A DNA stretch of 64,000 bases, from the NCBI GenBank assembly GCA_025544715.1, contig GCA_025544715.1_4109.3; one strand, written 5' to 3'. The translations under genes and the position numbers were made by a program. Source of the DNA: Escherichia coli. GTDB taxonomy: Bacteria > Pseudomonadota > Gammaproteobacteria > Enterobacterales > Enterobacteriaceae. Positions 46,410 through 56,410 of the stretch are shown one piece after another. The notes under the pieces were generated by a model. The model saw only the letters and a list, made by a program, of their open reading frames with translations, did not search any database and was not told the DNA's origin. Each line of letters opens with the position of its first letter. Within the stretch, counting starts at the first letter, position 1.

Positions 46410-48335
46410 ATGGGAAAACCAATTGCAGGACAAGACCAATTTCCATTCACTATAGGTGGATATTTAGTTGATGGTGCAAACATAAAAGGTACAACATATG
46501 TAAAATCGTTGTACATCTACAAACAGCGTTCCTCTGATTTGTATGATTTAATGGATTCAAATGGAACAATATATCGTTTTATTCGTATTGTTGGATATGG
46601 TCAAGATGGTAACAGATTAAATTATTTTACACCAGCAGAAGAAATTGTACCAAATCTGGCGACCAATACATTTTTTATAAAAGTTCAAGATGCTGAAAGA
46701 AATATATTTTCATTTGTTAGATTGTACCAATTAAATAAAATAATAACATTCGATGGTGATTATATTTTTAGAAAAATAGATAAAGATCGTTATCTAAGTG
46801 GTGTGTTAATTCAACCATCATTAACTACATTACAAGTTGGTAAAACCAGTTCACTGCATTGTGTATTCTACCCTAATGATTACTATGATACTGATGGAAC
46901 TTGGTACATAAACGACCATTCTGATATAAATCCAGAAATACCTAGTAAGTATGCTAAAATCATAGAATATAATAAAAATGAAGTATCTATTGAAGGAACA
47001 TCGGTGGGTATGTCAATACTTTCATTTGTTCCTAAAAATAATAAATCCATAATTTCACATTCTCTTATTAACATTGTTAATGAAAATGTAGATATAGAAT
47101 ACATGGTTGCCGAAAGAAGTTCTCCATTTTTTAATCATTATATTGGCAATGAATGGACTATTCAAATAGTCACATATCCGTATGACGCGACTATACAATA
47201 CCCTCTTGAAATCGTAATCGATGCGGAAGTAGATCCTTATATGAAAATTGCCACTACCGAGTTAGTTGGAGTCTCTGAAAATAATAAAATATATACATTT
47301 AAATCAACACTTGAGCCAGATTTAGAATATTATATAGATTATTATCCACAAATCACCTTCACTATGAATGAACCTTACAAATTTAGTGCATTGTTTGAAA
47401 ATAAAATTTGTTTGTCTGGTTGGGAAAGATATTGTGAAAAAATTACCAGTCCTGGAAAGTTATTTTCTATTGATGAATATGTACGTCCAAACACGACTAA
47501 AACATTAAAATATTGGTTAATGAATGATTATGACCAACATATGTATCCAATACGTTCAACTGATGATGAAATTGCCACAATTGATGTAACAACTGGTATA
47601 TTGAGAACTTACGATAAAAGAGGAACAGTATCTTTCTATACAAATTATACTGATATAACTACTGGGGCCATTAGTCAAGATGAATATTTAGTTGGGAAAC
47701 TAACCGTTACAGACGATGTGTACGATTTAATCGAGGTAGAACCATCAAATATACAATATATGTTCCCAAATCAATCACAACAATTCACGTTAACTGGTTA
47801 TAGAGAAGGTTATCCAAATACATCTTTTAATGTTAATGTAAGTATGTTGAACAATTATGCAACTTCTTCAAACAATATCGTCACTATTAACGAAAATACA
47901 TCTAATAACTCTAGATTTAAGATAGTATCAGATTTCAATGGTAATTATAAAAACTTTAGTAGTATATATTCTAATCAAACACCATCTATTATAGTAAAAA
48001 CAAATCCAAATGATTTAACTCCAATACAAAGTATTGATGTTTCTGAAAATGAAATTTTATCTATAAGAATGGCTGAAGAAAATGAAATAGATGATTATAA
48101 AGTTAGTTTTTATCCAAAACCAAATTATTGTGTTAATTATGAACTTGAAATTGTATCATATGATAATACTATAATTGAAATATATGATAAAGAAAATGCA
48201 TTAAAAAACGGGCTAAATTATTATGGTAATATTATGTTATACATAACACCAAAAAGTCCTGGAAGTACCGAGATTGTTGTTAGATCTGTTCATTACCCAG
48301 ATGTACAACAATCTGTAAAAGTAGTTGTTTATTAA
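46410..48335 (+). CDS. Plus-strand large protein (641 aa from ATG 46410), possible virion decoration/adhesin
   Basis: AGGAG RBS 9 nt upstream; N-terminal ~110 aa paralogous to next gene; Asn/Ser/Thr/Tyr-rich. Confidence 0.55.
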   Translation: MGKPIAGQDQFPFTIGGYLVDGANIKGTTYVKSLYIYKQRSSDLYDLMDSNGTIYRFIRIVGYGQDGNRLNYFTPAEEIVPNLATNTFFIKVQDAERNIFSFVRLYQLNKIITFDGDYIFRKIDKDRYLSGVLIQPSLTTLQVGKTSSLHCVFYPNDYYDTDGTWYINDHSDINPEIPSKYAKIIEYNKNEVSIEGTSVGMSILSFVPKNNKSIISHSLINIVNENVDIEYMVAERSSPFFNHYIGNEWTIQIVTYPYDATIQYPLEIVIDAEVDPYMKIATTELVGVSENNKIYTFKSTLEPDLEYYIDYYPQITFTMNEPYKFSALFENKICLSGWERYCEKITSPGKLFSIDEYVRPNTTKTLKYWLMNDYDQHMYPIRSTDDEIATIDVTTGILRTYDKRGTVSFYTNYTDITTGAISQDEYLVGKLTVTDDVYDLIEVEPSNIQYMFPNQSQQFTLTGYREGYPNTSFNVNVSMLNNYATSSNNIVTINENTSNNSRFKIVSDFNGNYKNFSSIYSNQTPSIIVKTNPNDLTPIQSIDVSENEILSIRMAEENEIDDYKVSFYPKPNYCVNYELEIVSYDNTIIEIYDKENALKNGLNYYGNIMLYITPKSPGSTEIVVRSVHYPDVQQSVKVVVY

Positions 48336-48351
48336 TAAGAGGAAATAAAAT

Positions 48352-48729
48352 ATGAAAGCTATAGCAGCACAAGGTAAATTACCATTCAATATCGGCGGCT
48401 TTTGTGTAACCGCAGCTAATATAAACGGTGAATTGAAATATAACTTGAACATCTTTAATCAACGTTCTAGTTGTGTTTACGATCTTATCGACACTGATTT
48501 TAATGTTTATCGTTTTGTAACTATAACAAGTTTTGATAAAGATAAAATCAGATTAGACGCATCTAAAACTGCACTAGAGATTGCACCAACTTTAGCAAAA
48601 AATACTTTTTGTATTAAGATTGATGATAGTGCATTTGCCGAATCATTCCAGTTTCATAAAATTAAATTGAGTACTGGAGAAATGAAATATCACCCTTGGG
48701 ATTTGTATTATTGTAACATCCCTGGTTAA
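48352..48729 (+). CDS. Plus-strand protein (125 aa), paralog of N-terminal domain of 46410-48335
   Basis: AAGAGGA RBS; shared blocks PFxIGG..., RSSxxYDL, YRFxxI. Confidence 0.55.
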   Translation: MKAIAAQGKLPFNIGGFCVTAANINGELKYNLNIFNQRSSCVYDLIDTDFNVYRFVTITSFDKDKIRLDASKTALEIAPTLAKNTFCIKIDDSAFAESFQFHKIKLSTGEMKYHPWDLYYCNIPG

Positions 48730-48730
48730 C

Positions 48731-48760
48731 AAAAAAGGAGCCACAAGGCTCCTTTTTTTT
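48731..48760. terminator. Bidirectional terminator between convergent plus and minus genes
   Basis: Hairpin GGAGCC-ACAA-GGCTCC flanked by A6 and T8. Confidence 0.7.
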
Positions 48761-49016
48761 ATTCTACAGTATTAAGCTTCTGACAAATCATGTCAGCTTC
48801 TACTCGGTCTTTATAATAAATGGTAAATCCAAATCTACTTGTTACCCTTTTCTCACTACGGTGTATACAGTTTACAATATAGTACTTATTATTTTGTGCA
48901 GAAAAACGAACTTCATAATTTCGAAAATAAGTATTAGGTTCATCTATAGCAACTATATATAACATAAAAATGAAAAGCACTATTATTAGAAAAGCAATAA
49001 TAATTATTACTGTCAT
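48759..49016 (-). CDS. Small membrane protein (85 aa)
   Basis: N-terminal hydrophobic helix. Confidence 0.4.
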   Translation of the reverse strand: MTVIIIIAFLIIVLFIFMLYIVAIDEPNTYFRNYEVRFSAQNNKYYIVNCIHRSEKRVTSRFGFTIYYKDRVEADMICQKLNTVE

Positions 49017-49504
49017 TTATCAAGACCCTTATCATAAATGCAATTAACAATAATTCCAGCATCTTCCAGTACTTTAATAGCTTCTGGTGGTGTACGAGGA
49101 TAATTTTTGAGATAAATTACACGTGAAATACCACTACCCGCAATCAACTTAGAACAAGTATAACATGGTTGTAGTGTTGTGTAAAGAGTAGCACCTTGAC
49201 GTTCAGTAGGAGAACTATAGAGTAAAGCGTTCATTTCGGCATGGATTTCATGAATATTACTCCACTCATGATGTTGATGCTTTGCTTCATCACTAACCCA
49301 GTCTTGAAAAGACCCATCATTTACTAAGTGTTGATTCACGTCACAGCAATTTGGTTGTTTTGATGGAGTACCATTGTATCCAGTACTCAATACTCGATTA
49401 TTTTTAACAATAACACAACCAACTTTTTGTGAAATACATTTACTTTCCTCAGCAACTACTTCTGCTATCTTCAACCAAGTCGTATGTTTCATTATAAGCT
49501 CCAA
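49013..49504 (-). CDS. cd: dCMP deaminase
   Basis: HAEMNAL...PCYTCSKLIAGSGISRVIY and N-terminal VGCVIVKNNRVLSTGYNG. Confidence 0.8.
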   Translation of the reverse strand: MELIMKHTTWLKIAEVVAEESKCISQKVGCVIVKNNRVLSTGYNGTPSKQPNCCDVNQHLVNDGSFQDWVSDEAKHQHHEWSNIHEIHAEMNALLYSSPTERQGATLYTTLQPCYTCSKLIAGSGISRVIYLKNYPRTPPEAIKVLEDAGIIVNCIYDKGLDK

Positions 49505-49973
49505 TACTTAACAATGCGTTTTTACACAAATCATGAATTTTCATAACTCGAATATAGTTTAACACATCTGTTTCATTAATTTCAAATGGTTTATCTGCAT
49601 ATGTAGACCACGTTTGATTTAATTCAATAACAAATGTAATTTTATCTGTATCCATAATATTATCACAAAATCTACGAAAATCTTGCTCTTCATCGGAAAG
49701 TCTGAAATTTAAATCATTTTTTAAACCATTAACTGTGAAGCAAATACCAGTACTGTAACCTATGCAAATATCTTCAATATCATATAATCCATAAATTAAT
49801 TTAGAGATAAACGTGCTATATTTGTTTCTATGATAATAGTTTAATATTTCTTTTTTAATATTATTTTCAATATCAGTAGTTTTTTGTAATGTAAGTTTAA
49901 TTAATTCTAATGTCTTGATTATGTTATCTAACCAGATATTAGTATCATCTATACTTAGGTGTGTGTATTTCAT
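49449..49973 (-). CDS. Hypothetical protein (174 aa)
   Basis: ORF in array. Confidence 0.4.
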   Translation of the reverse strand: MKYTHLSIDDTNIWLDNIIKTLELIKLTLQKTTDIENNIKKEILNYYHRNKYSTFISKLIYGLYDIEDICIGYSTGICFTVNGLKNDLNFRLSDEEQDFRRFCDNIMDTDKITFVIELNQTWSTYADKPFEINETDVLNYIRVMKIHDLCKNALLSIGAYNETYDLVEDSRSSC

Positions 49974-50499
49974 TATGTCCCTCTAGATTCCAATCATCAA
50001 CGAGTTTAGAACAAACTTCCATATGATTATAGTACTTTTCATTCAATACATAAGGTTTATTATGATATTGTCGTACATCAGTGAATATATCATAATTTCT
50101 ATATATGAATGACATATTTTTGTGCATGAATTCTATAGTTTTCCAAATCTTTTCTATATCATATAAAATTGTTTTTAATGATAAACCTGTAAGCTTTGAA
50201 ATTCTTTCAACTTTAAAACCGGATAACATCATAGTATTATTGTGTTTAGTCAAATAACTATATCCAATTGAACTATGTATCATTTCTACACTATCAACTT
50301 GTGTTATTGTTTTTAAAAATGACTTTAAATTTCTATTAAACCAATACCACTTTTTGTTTTTATTATAACATGAATACCATTTCTTCAATATATCAATTGC
50401 TTCAGAATTAATTTTCAAAGCAAACTCATCAATTAAAAACATATGATGATAAAAAATATCACTTTGTTCTTCAGTTAAATTATATTGCTGCATATTCAC
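49945..50499 (-). CDS. Hypothetical protein (184 aa)
   Basis: ORF in array. Confidence 0.4.
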   Translation of the reverse strand: MNMQQYNLTEEQSDIFYHHMFLIDEFALKINSEAIDILKKWYSCYNKNKKWYWFNRNLKSFLKTITQVDSVEMIHSSIGYSYLTKHNNTMMLSGFKVERISKLTGLSLKTILYDIEKIWKTIEFMHKNMSFIYRNYDIFTDVRQYHNKPYVLNEKYYNHMEVCSKLVDDWNLEGHNEIHTPKYR

Positions 50500-50576
50500 C
50501 TACCCTAGTAACAATGATTCCTTGGGTATTTAGCTTATATAGATCATTTTTTGATCGATGAAAATTGATATACAGC

Positions 50577-50606
50577 AATAAAAAGAGGAATCCAGTACTG
50601 GATTCC
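50577..50606 (-). terminator. Terminator formed by 20-nt perfect palindrome GGAATCCAGTACTGGATTCC
   Basis: Perfect palindrome centred on CAGTACTG; T-rich tract follows on minus strand. Confidence 0.55.
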
Positions 50607-50617
50607 TATTTGTAATA

Positions 50618-51064
50618 TTATTTTTGATATGGGGTGTACTGATATTTTTCACAATCAGAAACAGTTAGGACACCTTCATCATAACCATATTGAAGTACAA
50701 GGTCAAATGCTTTATCAACCATAGCAACAACATCTTTATAACGAACAATCTTATGAGATTGATTCTCAACTGCTTTCATAATCCCCATTAGCAACCAGCG
50801 ACCTTCATCGGTGTGTAATTTAGCAAAACGTGGACGCTTTGTTGCTGCCATAATATCAGTCCATTCAGCTTTAAAAATGTGTGGACGTTTTGGAATATCA
50901 TATAGTGTAGTAGGGAAAGTTACATTATTTTTCTTCATTGCTTCTGCTTGTGCTGCACGATAGCCCTGACGATATAATGGATGCTGCATTTTTAGCTGTT
51001 CAGCACTTAGAACTACTTTTGCTTTGTATGCGTCATAACCATCTTTATATTGTGCATTGGACAT
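50618..51064 (-). CDS. Hypothetical protein (148 aa)
   Basis: ORF followed by palindromic terminator. Confidence 0.45.
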   Translation of the reverse strand: MSNAQYKDGYDAYKAKVVLSAEQLKMQHPLYRQGYRAAQAEAMKKNNVTFPTTLYDIPKRPHIFKAEWTDIMAATKRPRFAKLHTDEGRWLLMGIMKAVENQSHKIVRYKDVVAMVDKAFDLVLQYGYDEGVLTVSDCEKYQYTPYQK

Positions 51065-51065
51065 A

Positions 51066-51383
51066 TTATTCTTTTACCTCATCAGTTTGAATGTATTTTT
51101 TGTCAGAGAATGTACCGTGTTCTTTACGCACAGCTTCTGCATGTTGAACCGCATCAACTGGATTAATGTTCTTTTTAATTAGTACTTCTTTCATTAATTC
51201 AAGTACAATTGCAAAACCATTTAGTACACGCTCAGATTCATCCACATTTTTTAACTCAAGTGCTACTGCACTAATTTGATCGAACGCAACATTAATAAAA
51301 TCGGAATCTTCTAATACATTTGCTACTTCCGTATTATTACGTACTAGTACTTTCATATAATCTCCACAAAGATGATGCCCCAA
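51066..51383 (-). CDS. Hypothetical protein (105 aa)
   Basis: ORF in array. Confidence 0.45.
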   Translation of the reverse strand: MGHHLCGDYMKVLVRNNTEVANVLEDSDFINVAFDQISAVALELKNVDESERVLNGFAIVLELMKEVLIKKNINPVDAVQHAEAVRKEHGTFSDKKYIQTDEVKE

Positions 51384-51404
51384 ATTGAGGCATCAAAATC
51401 TATC

Positions 51405-52100
51405 TTACACCCACTCTTCCACACCACCGCGACGCTTAACTAAGTACTTGCCTTCTTCGTTACGTGGTCCAAGAATAATACCATCAATGAAACCATGTTC
51501 ACCATATTCAAGTGCTTCTTCTGCATTTAACCACAAATCTCGGTCAGCATCTTTTAGTAATTGTTCATGTGATACACCTACTGCTTCTGCAATTTCTTTG
51601 GTCAACAATGTATTCAGTGCATCAGAATGTTGTAGTGAAATCTTCTGGTCTGTAATTAGACCTTGTGTACCAGAACTTACTTGGTGACACATGAAGTATG
51701 AGCGTTTACCACCTAAACGGAAACCTTTAGTTCCAATAACAGATTGTGTATAGCAACCCATTGATGCTGCATAACCCATAACTACAGTGCGAATTGGGGA
51801 AATACAAGACTTAGCAACGTCTGCAATACCCAAACCTGCGTGTACTGAACCACCTGGTGAACTAATGTAGAATGTAATAGGGGAATCACCTTGTGAGTCT
51901 AACCACACCAATTGTTGTTTGATGATATGTGCCATTTGATCATTGAAATCAGTATCAAGGAAAATGATACGGTCTTGCATCATACGAGATGCTAGATCAT
52001 ATGTACGTTCTGAACCATTAACTTTCTCAACTACGTAAGGAATAGAAATGTTACGTACTTCGCCATTAGCATAACCACCAAACATGAATTGTTCAACCAT
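51405..52100 (-). CDS. clpP: ATP-dependent Clp protease proteolytic subunit
   Basis: ISSPGGSVHAG, GYAASMG (Ser) and MCHQ (His) in ClpP order. Confidence 0.8.
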   Translation of the reverse strand: MVEQFMFGGYANGEVRNISIPYVVEKVNGSERTYDLASRMMQDRIIFLDTDFNDQMAHIIKQQLVWLDSQGDSPITFYISSPGGSVHAGLGIADVAKSCISPIRTVVMGYAASMGCYTQSVIGTKGFRLGGKRSYFMCHQVSSGTQGLITDQKISLQHSDALNTLLTKEIAEAVGVSHEQLLKDADRDLWLNAEEALEYGEHGFIDGIILGPRNEEGKYLVKRRGGVEEWV

Positions 52101-52164
52101 TGTTAATTTCCTCTATTATTTCGTTGTTGTGAGTATTATATCACTAAGATTTAAAATGTCCAAA

Positions 52165-52587
52165 CTATTTTACTGGAATATTTGAAAAGAAATCAGTCAT
52201 CCAATACGCCGTTTCTTTGTTGAATAATACTGGATCAAACTTAAGTAACTCAACATGACTTGTATCATACACGCTTGTATCGGTAATGTCAAACAAAGTT
52301 TTAGTACTGAATAGTGGGTTACTCACTAGAAAGTAGTAATCAGCAGTACTGCTAATGTCATCATAAAACACACCGTCATACCATCCATCATCATATACAA
52401 AAACAGAATCGTCTTGAAGATAGTAAACTTCTATATGTAAACTCAAGATCTTCATGGTTTCAATCATTTTTGCCGTATGAGGATTTAACTTATTGACATT
52501 TTCAAACACATAAGAGTGTTTTTCATTCATATCAACAAATGAAAATATTCGTACTGCACGTATATTCATATTACTCCAAATAAACAA
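52165..52587 (-). CDS. Hypothetical protein (140 aa)
   Basis: ORF in array. Confidence 0.45.
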   Translation of the reverse strand: MFIWSNMNIRAVRIFSFVDMNEKHSYVFENVNKLNPHTAKMIETMKILSLHIEVYYLQDDSVFVYDDGWYDGVFYDDISSTADYYFLVSNPLFSTKTLFDITDTSVYDTSHVELLKFDPVLFNKETAYWMTDFFSNIPVK

Positions 52588-52954
52588 GTGAATTAATGAA
52601 ATCGTATTTCAATTTATCATCCACATCATTTAAATCAACTTTAATCATCGGAGAATGGGAACGTATAGACAGTGTTTCCATAAAGTACTGATTAAGTTTG
52701 TATGTATGGAAAAGATGAGTATCACCTTTCATCACCACCAACACTTCCCCGAACAGATCACTGAGTTCAACTTCAGTACCACTTGAGTTAAACCCATAAC
52801 GATTCTTTAATGTACGTGGTTCTTTATTTCGATAATAATGCACAGCTTTATTACTATTCACTAACAAGTGATGATATGCATTACTATAAACTGAGCAAAT
52901 AACTCGGCTTGGATAATTGGTATATTCTGGTAGTTCAAAATAAATCAATGACAC
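52571..52954 (-). CDS. Hypothetical protein (127 aa)
   Basis: ORF in array. Confidence 0.45.
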   Translation of the reverse strand: MSLIYFELPEYTNYPSRVICSVYSNAYHHLLVNSNKAVHYYRNKEPRTLKNRYGFNSSGTEVELSDLFGEVLVVMKGDTHLFHTYKLNQYFMETLSIRSHSPMIKVDLNDVDDKLKYDFINSLVYLE

Positions 52955-52966
52955 TGTATCCTCACA

Positions 52967-53770
52967 TTAAATTTCAAATACAAATTTAGGATTGTAATCA
53001 AAATTCTCACAAGCTCCACTATACGATTCATAGCCTCGTGGATTACAAATGATACGTGTCTTACCAATGTGGTAGTCAAAGCTACTATGAACATGACCAT
53101 GAATCCAAACATCAGCACCCAAATCTTCAATGTACTGATCCATATCGGAACAGTAACAACCATTCAGTGAATCATTTTTATATTTTGGTGAAACACTTTG
53201 ATAACTTGGTGCGTGATGAGTAACCACGATGACCTTGAAATCATTATCATGCATAAAGCGAACTGTGTCAATAGAATTTTTGATAAATTGTTTATCTTTG
53301 TGATGCATAAACTCAGTATCATCAGGTGTCAGTTTCTTACGCCAAGGCTCGGTTGTTGTTCCATGACGGATATGTTTGTAATCGTTCATCTTCTGACGAG
53401 CATCAAACTTCGTCAAAGAATTACCTTTATCGAAGTCTGTCCACAGAGTACTACCAACAAGCAGTACTCCATCCAGCCATACAAATTTGTTTTGCAAAAA
53501 GATGAAATTTGGAATCTCATCTTGCATATCGGACAGTACTTTATGCGTTTTGATGATATTGGAACCATAATATTCATGATTGCCAGGAACCAGTACTACA
53601 TTTTTGAACTGCTTACACAGTGATTCGATACCAGTACGGTAACGACTGCGTTTAACTTCATCGAAGTCCCCAGCAATGATCAGTACTGTATCACTGTAAT
53701 CACCACTATGGAGGTAATCAGTGCCACCGTGTACATCAGATGTTACAACAAATTTCATAATTACCTCCAA
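52967..53770 (-). CDS. Calcineurin-like metallophosphoesterase
   Basis: Motifs DVHG, GDFD, GNHE, GHVH. Confidence 0.7.
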   Translation of the reverse strand: MEVIMKFVVTSDVHGGTDYLHSGDYSDTVLIIAGDFDEVKRSRYRTGIESLCKQFKNVVLVPGNHEYYGSNIIKTHKVLSDMQDEIPNFIFLQNKFVWLDGVLLVGSTLWTDFDKGNSLTKFDARQKMNDYKHIRHGTTTEPWRKKLTPDDTEFMHHKDKQFIKNSIDTVRFMHDNDFKVIVVTHHAPSYQSVSPKYKNDSLNGCYCSDMDQYIEDLGADVWIHGHVHSSFDYHIGKTRIICNPRGYESYSGACENFDYNPKFVFEI

Positions 53771-53777
53771 TAAATGG

Positions 53778-55196
53778 TTAACCTAATGATTCAATAATAC
53801 TGTTTGAGAACACTTCAACCGCACTCTCACGAATTTCTAAGATACGAGTATAATCGTCACAAGTGTTTTTGTCAAATCTAAATTCAATAAACACAGGTAA
53901 GAACAGTGATGGTTCACCAGTACGCTTGTCGAATACAATGTCATTACACTCAACAGTAACCACTTTACCAATAAGTTCTTGCATTCTTTCCCAAATGGTT
54001 TTAAATGTCCATTCAGCATCTTTTTCGCGGATGCCTGTTCCTACGCTTACTTTTAGTGTACCACAAGCACTTTCCAGTTGTAAAGAACCAAGCATACCTT
54101 TACGTTTACCTTCACCTTTATTGAAACCAACAATACGCAAGTCCAGTTGCATTTTCAATTTCATTTTCAACTGCTTAGGAGAAGTATGAGATTTCCAGAT
54201 ACCATCTTCACATTTCAGTACTGAACCTTCTTCACCTTCAGCCATGAGTTCGCTATTGTACTCAAATGCTTCTTTGATATTTTGGACTTTACGATAACCT
54301 ACCATACGAACAAATTCACTACCCAATGCATTGATTGCACCTTCAAGAATCTCTCGGCGTTCTTTACGTTTTACATTCCATACACCTTCACAGAAAGCAT
54401 CATATGGCACGACATCCCATAGAACGAATACTGTACGCATTGCTTCGCTTTGGTTAATGGTATCCTTACCTGCTTTCTGAATGATCCCGTTGCCAGTTGT
54501 ACGTGGTAGAATAGTTTCCCCATCAGTATCAAGTACCAACCCTTCCCCCATAAAGACTACACCACTACTGAAACGTTCATCTTTACTTTGGATGATGTGA
54601 GCAAGACCTGCCATCTCACCATCACGACAACCCAGGAAGTCGTACAGTTTGCCATTACGGGATGTAGAAGTTAATGAACCATTAATGACAACGTGGTTCA
54701 AGTACTGACCATCCATTTTCACTTCTGATATAGCGTAACCATAATCTTTGAAGTTGATGTTCTTTGCAGTCTTTTTGTCAATCAAAGAACAACGCATATA
54801 TGGTTCGTCTTTGATGAATCCTTTACCAAACACATCATTGCAGTTCTTCTCCTGAATACCACAATCAAGGTTCTTAGTGAGCATTTTACGGAGAACTTCC
54901 TGATCATCTTCAGATACAGAACCCAGTACTGAAGCAATGAAATCACGCCCCGCATTTCCTGTCACATCACGCTTGTAAATGCATTCCAGCTTATCAATTG
55001 CTTCATCTAACGTCATATGTTGATATACGTCATCAGCGACTGGTAGCTTCTTATAGCCACTTACGATAGAAGGGTCGAGAGTATATTTCAGAACTTTTTG
55101 TAAAGTTACATTATCTTTATTTTGTTCAAGAATAGCCTTTTTGCCCAGAGTACTGCTAGTATTTTTAATGCTTTCAAGAATTGCTAAAATGCTCAT
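53778..55196 (-). CDS. ATP-dependent DNA ligase
   Basis: Adenylation motif EVKMDG; size and organisation like T4 gp30. Confidence 0.8.
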   Translation of the reverse strand: MSILAILESIKNTSSTLGKKAILEQNKDNVTLQKVLKYTLDPSIVSGYKKLPVADDVYQHMTLDEAIDKLECIYKRDVTGNAGRDFIASVLGSVSEDDQEVLRKMLTKNLDCGIQEKNCNDVFGKGFIKDEPYMRCSLIDKKTAKNINFKDYGYAISEVKMDGQYLNHVVINGSLTSTSRNGKLYDFLGCRDGEMAGLAHIIQSKDERFSSGVVFMGEGLVLDTDGETILPRTTGNGIIQKAGKDTINQSEAMRTVFVLWDVVPYDAFCEGVWNVKRKERREILEGAINALGSEFVRMVGYRKVQNIKEAFEYNSELMAEGEEGSVLKCEDGIWKSHTSPKQLKMKLKMQLDLRIVGFNKGEGKRKGMLGSLQLESACGTLKVSVGTGIREKDAEWTFKTIWERMQELIGKVVTVECNDIVFDKRTGEPSLFLPVFIEFRFDKNTCDDYTRILEIRESAVEVFSNSIIESLG

Positions 55197-55207
55197 TGTA
55201 TATTCCT

Positions 55208-56410
55208 TTATAGATAATACTTTCCAATATAAAGTGGATTACTAATTGATAGTTGAACGTGACACGGCTTATCTTGGTAGTAACGAGAACTTGATGTTTT
55301 GCGTTCATTTGGTGGGAAGAATGGTGAACGATAACCGTTCCATGTACTAAATGATGTGTGCTCATTAATATCAACATCCATTGACATAATTCCATTATCA
55401 TCAATTTGAACTGGGTATGCACTAAAGCGTTCAAATTTATCATTATAATGAATATTATAATCCCCGCTACGTCCATAATAACTACGTGTTGTATTATTAC
55501 TTACACCAAAAAATACGCGATAAGATTGTTCATTATCTTTAGTCATAAATGGTACGTTCTCGTTGAAACGTCCATTATTCATAAGATCATCAACATTTAT
55601 TTCTTCATATTTAATTTTTAGGTCTTTTGCTTTAAATGATTTATTGTGTACCAGTACTGGAATGTTAGATTCACCTAATGGGTTATGTCTGTTTGTTCTA
55701 TAGCTTTGCCAAAATTCATTAGCAAGTTTAATTTCTTCATCTGCCGTAGTCTTCTTATTCAAGAGTGCACGAGGTTCCAGATTGTAATTATCCAAACGTT
55801 GATTCAATGCATAAGTTCCACGAGTACTGTTATAAAGTAAATGATAAACAGAACTTTTGTCGGGGTATGCAAATTCTTTAGTTTTCTTTATACAAATTGC
55901 ATGTACTTTACCGCAGTAATAGTAATCTTCTTTGAGATACGTGAAGCCATCACCAACTTTAAGACCTGCTACAGTTTCTTTTTGTTGTTCTTTTTTATTT
56001 TCTTTTTCAACTAACTTAGCAAATGTTTTTGTTTTACCATTAATTAATTCTAAGTTATTGTTGAAAAACATTGGGTCTACAAAAACACCTTTGATTATAT
56101 CGTTATTGATAATTAAATCATTCATGTTTTTGGCACTAATCATAAATTCAAATCCTTCTGGGTGACGGATTGTGAAATATGTTTCTCGTGCATGAATTGT
56201 TAATTTATCAACTACACAAAATCCAGTAGTTGGAACGTTGTCAATATATAACGATGGAAGATTGTTCTTCTTTGCCCAGTACTCTGCTCTCTCTTTCTTT
56301 GTTTCAAACGCTTTTGTATGTGATTTTGTTGCATCGATAATAAAACCATCAACTTGGTTGTGGTTTACATAGGAACGTGCAACAAATAACTTCTCTGGAA
56401 AATCCATCAA
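55208..56410 (-). CDS. Hypothetical protein (400 aa)
   Basis: ORF in array. Confidence 0.5.
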   Translation of the reverse strand: MMDFPEKLFVARSYVNHNQVDGFIIDATKSHTKAFETKKERAEYWAKKNNLPSLYIDNVPTTGFCVVDKLTIHARETYFTIRHPEGFEFMISAKNMNDLIINNDIIKGVFVDPMFFNNNLELINGKTKTFAKLVEKENKKEQQKETVAGLKVGDGFTYLKEDYYYCGKVHAICIKKTKEFAYPDKSSVYHLLYNSTRGTYALNQRLDNYNLEPRALLNKKTTADEEIKLANEFWQSYRTNRHNPLGESNIPVLVHNKSFKAKDLKIKYEEINVDDLMNNGRFNENVPFMTKDNEQSYRVFFGVSNNTTRSYYGRSGDYNIHYNDKFERFSAYPVQIDDNGIMSMDVDINEHTSFSTWNGYRSPFFPPNERKTSSSRYYQDKPCHVQLSISNPLYIGKYYL

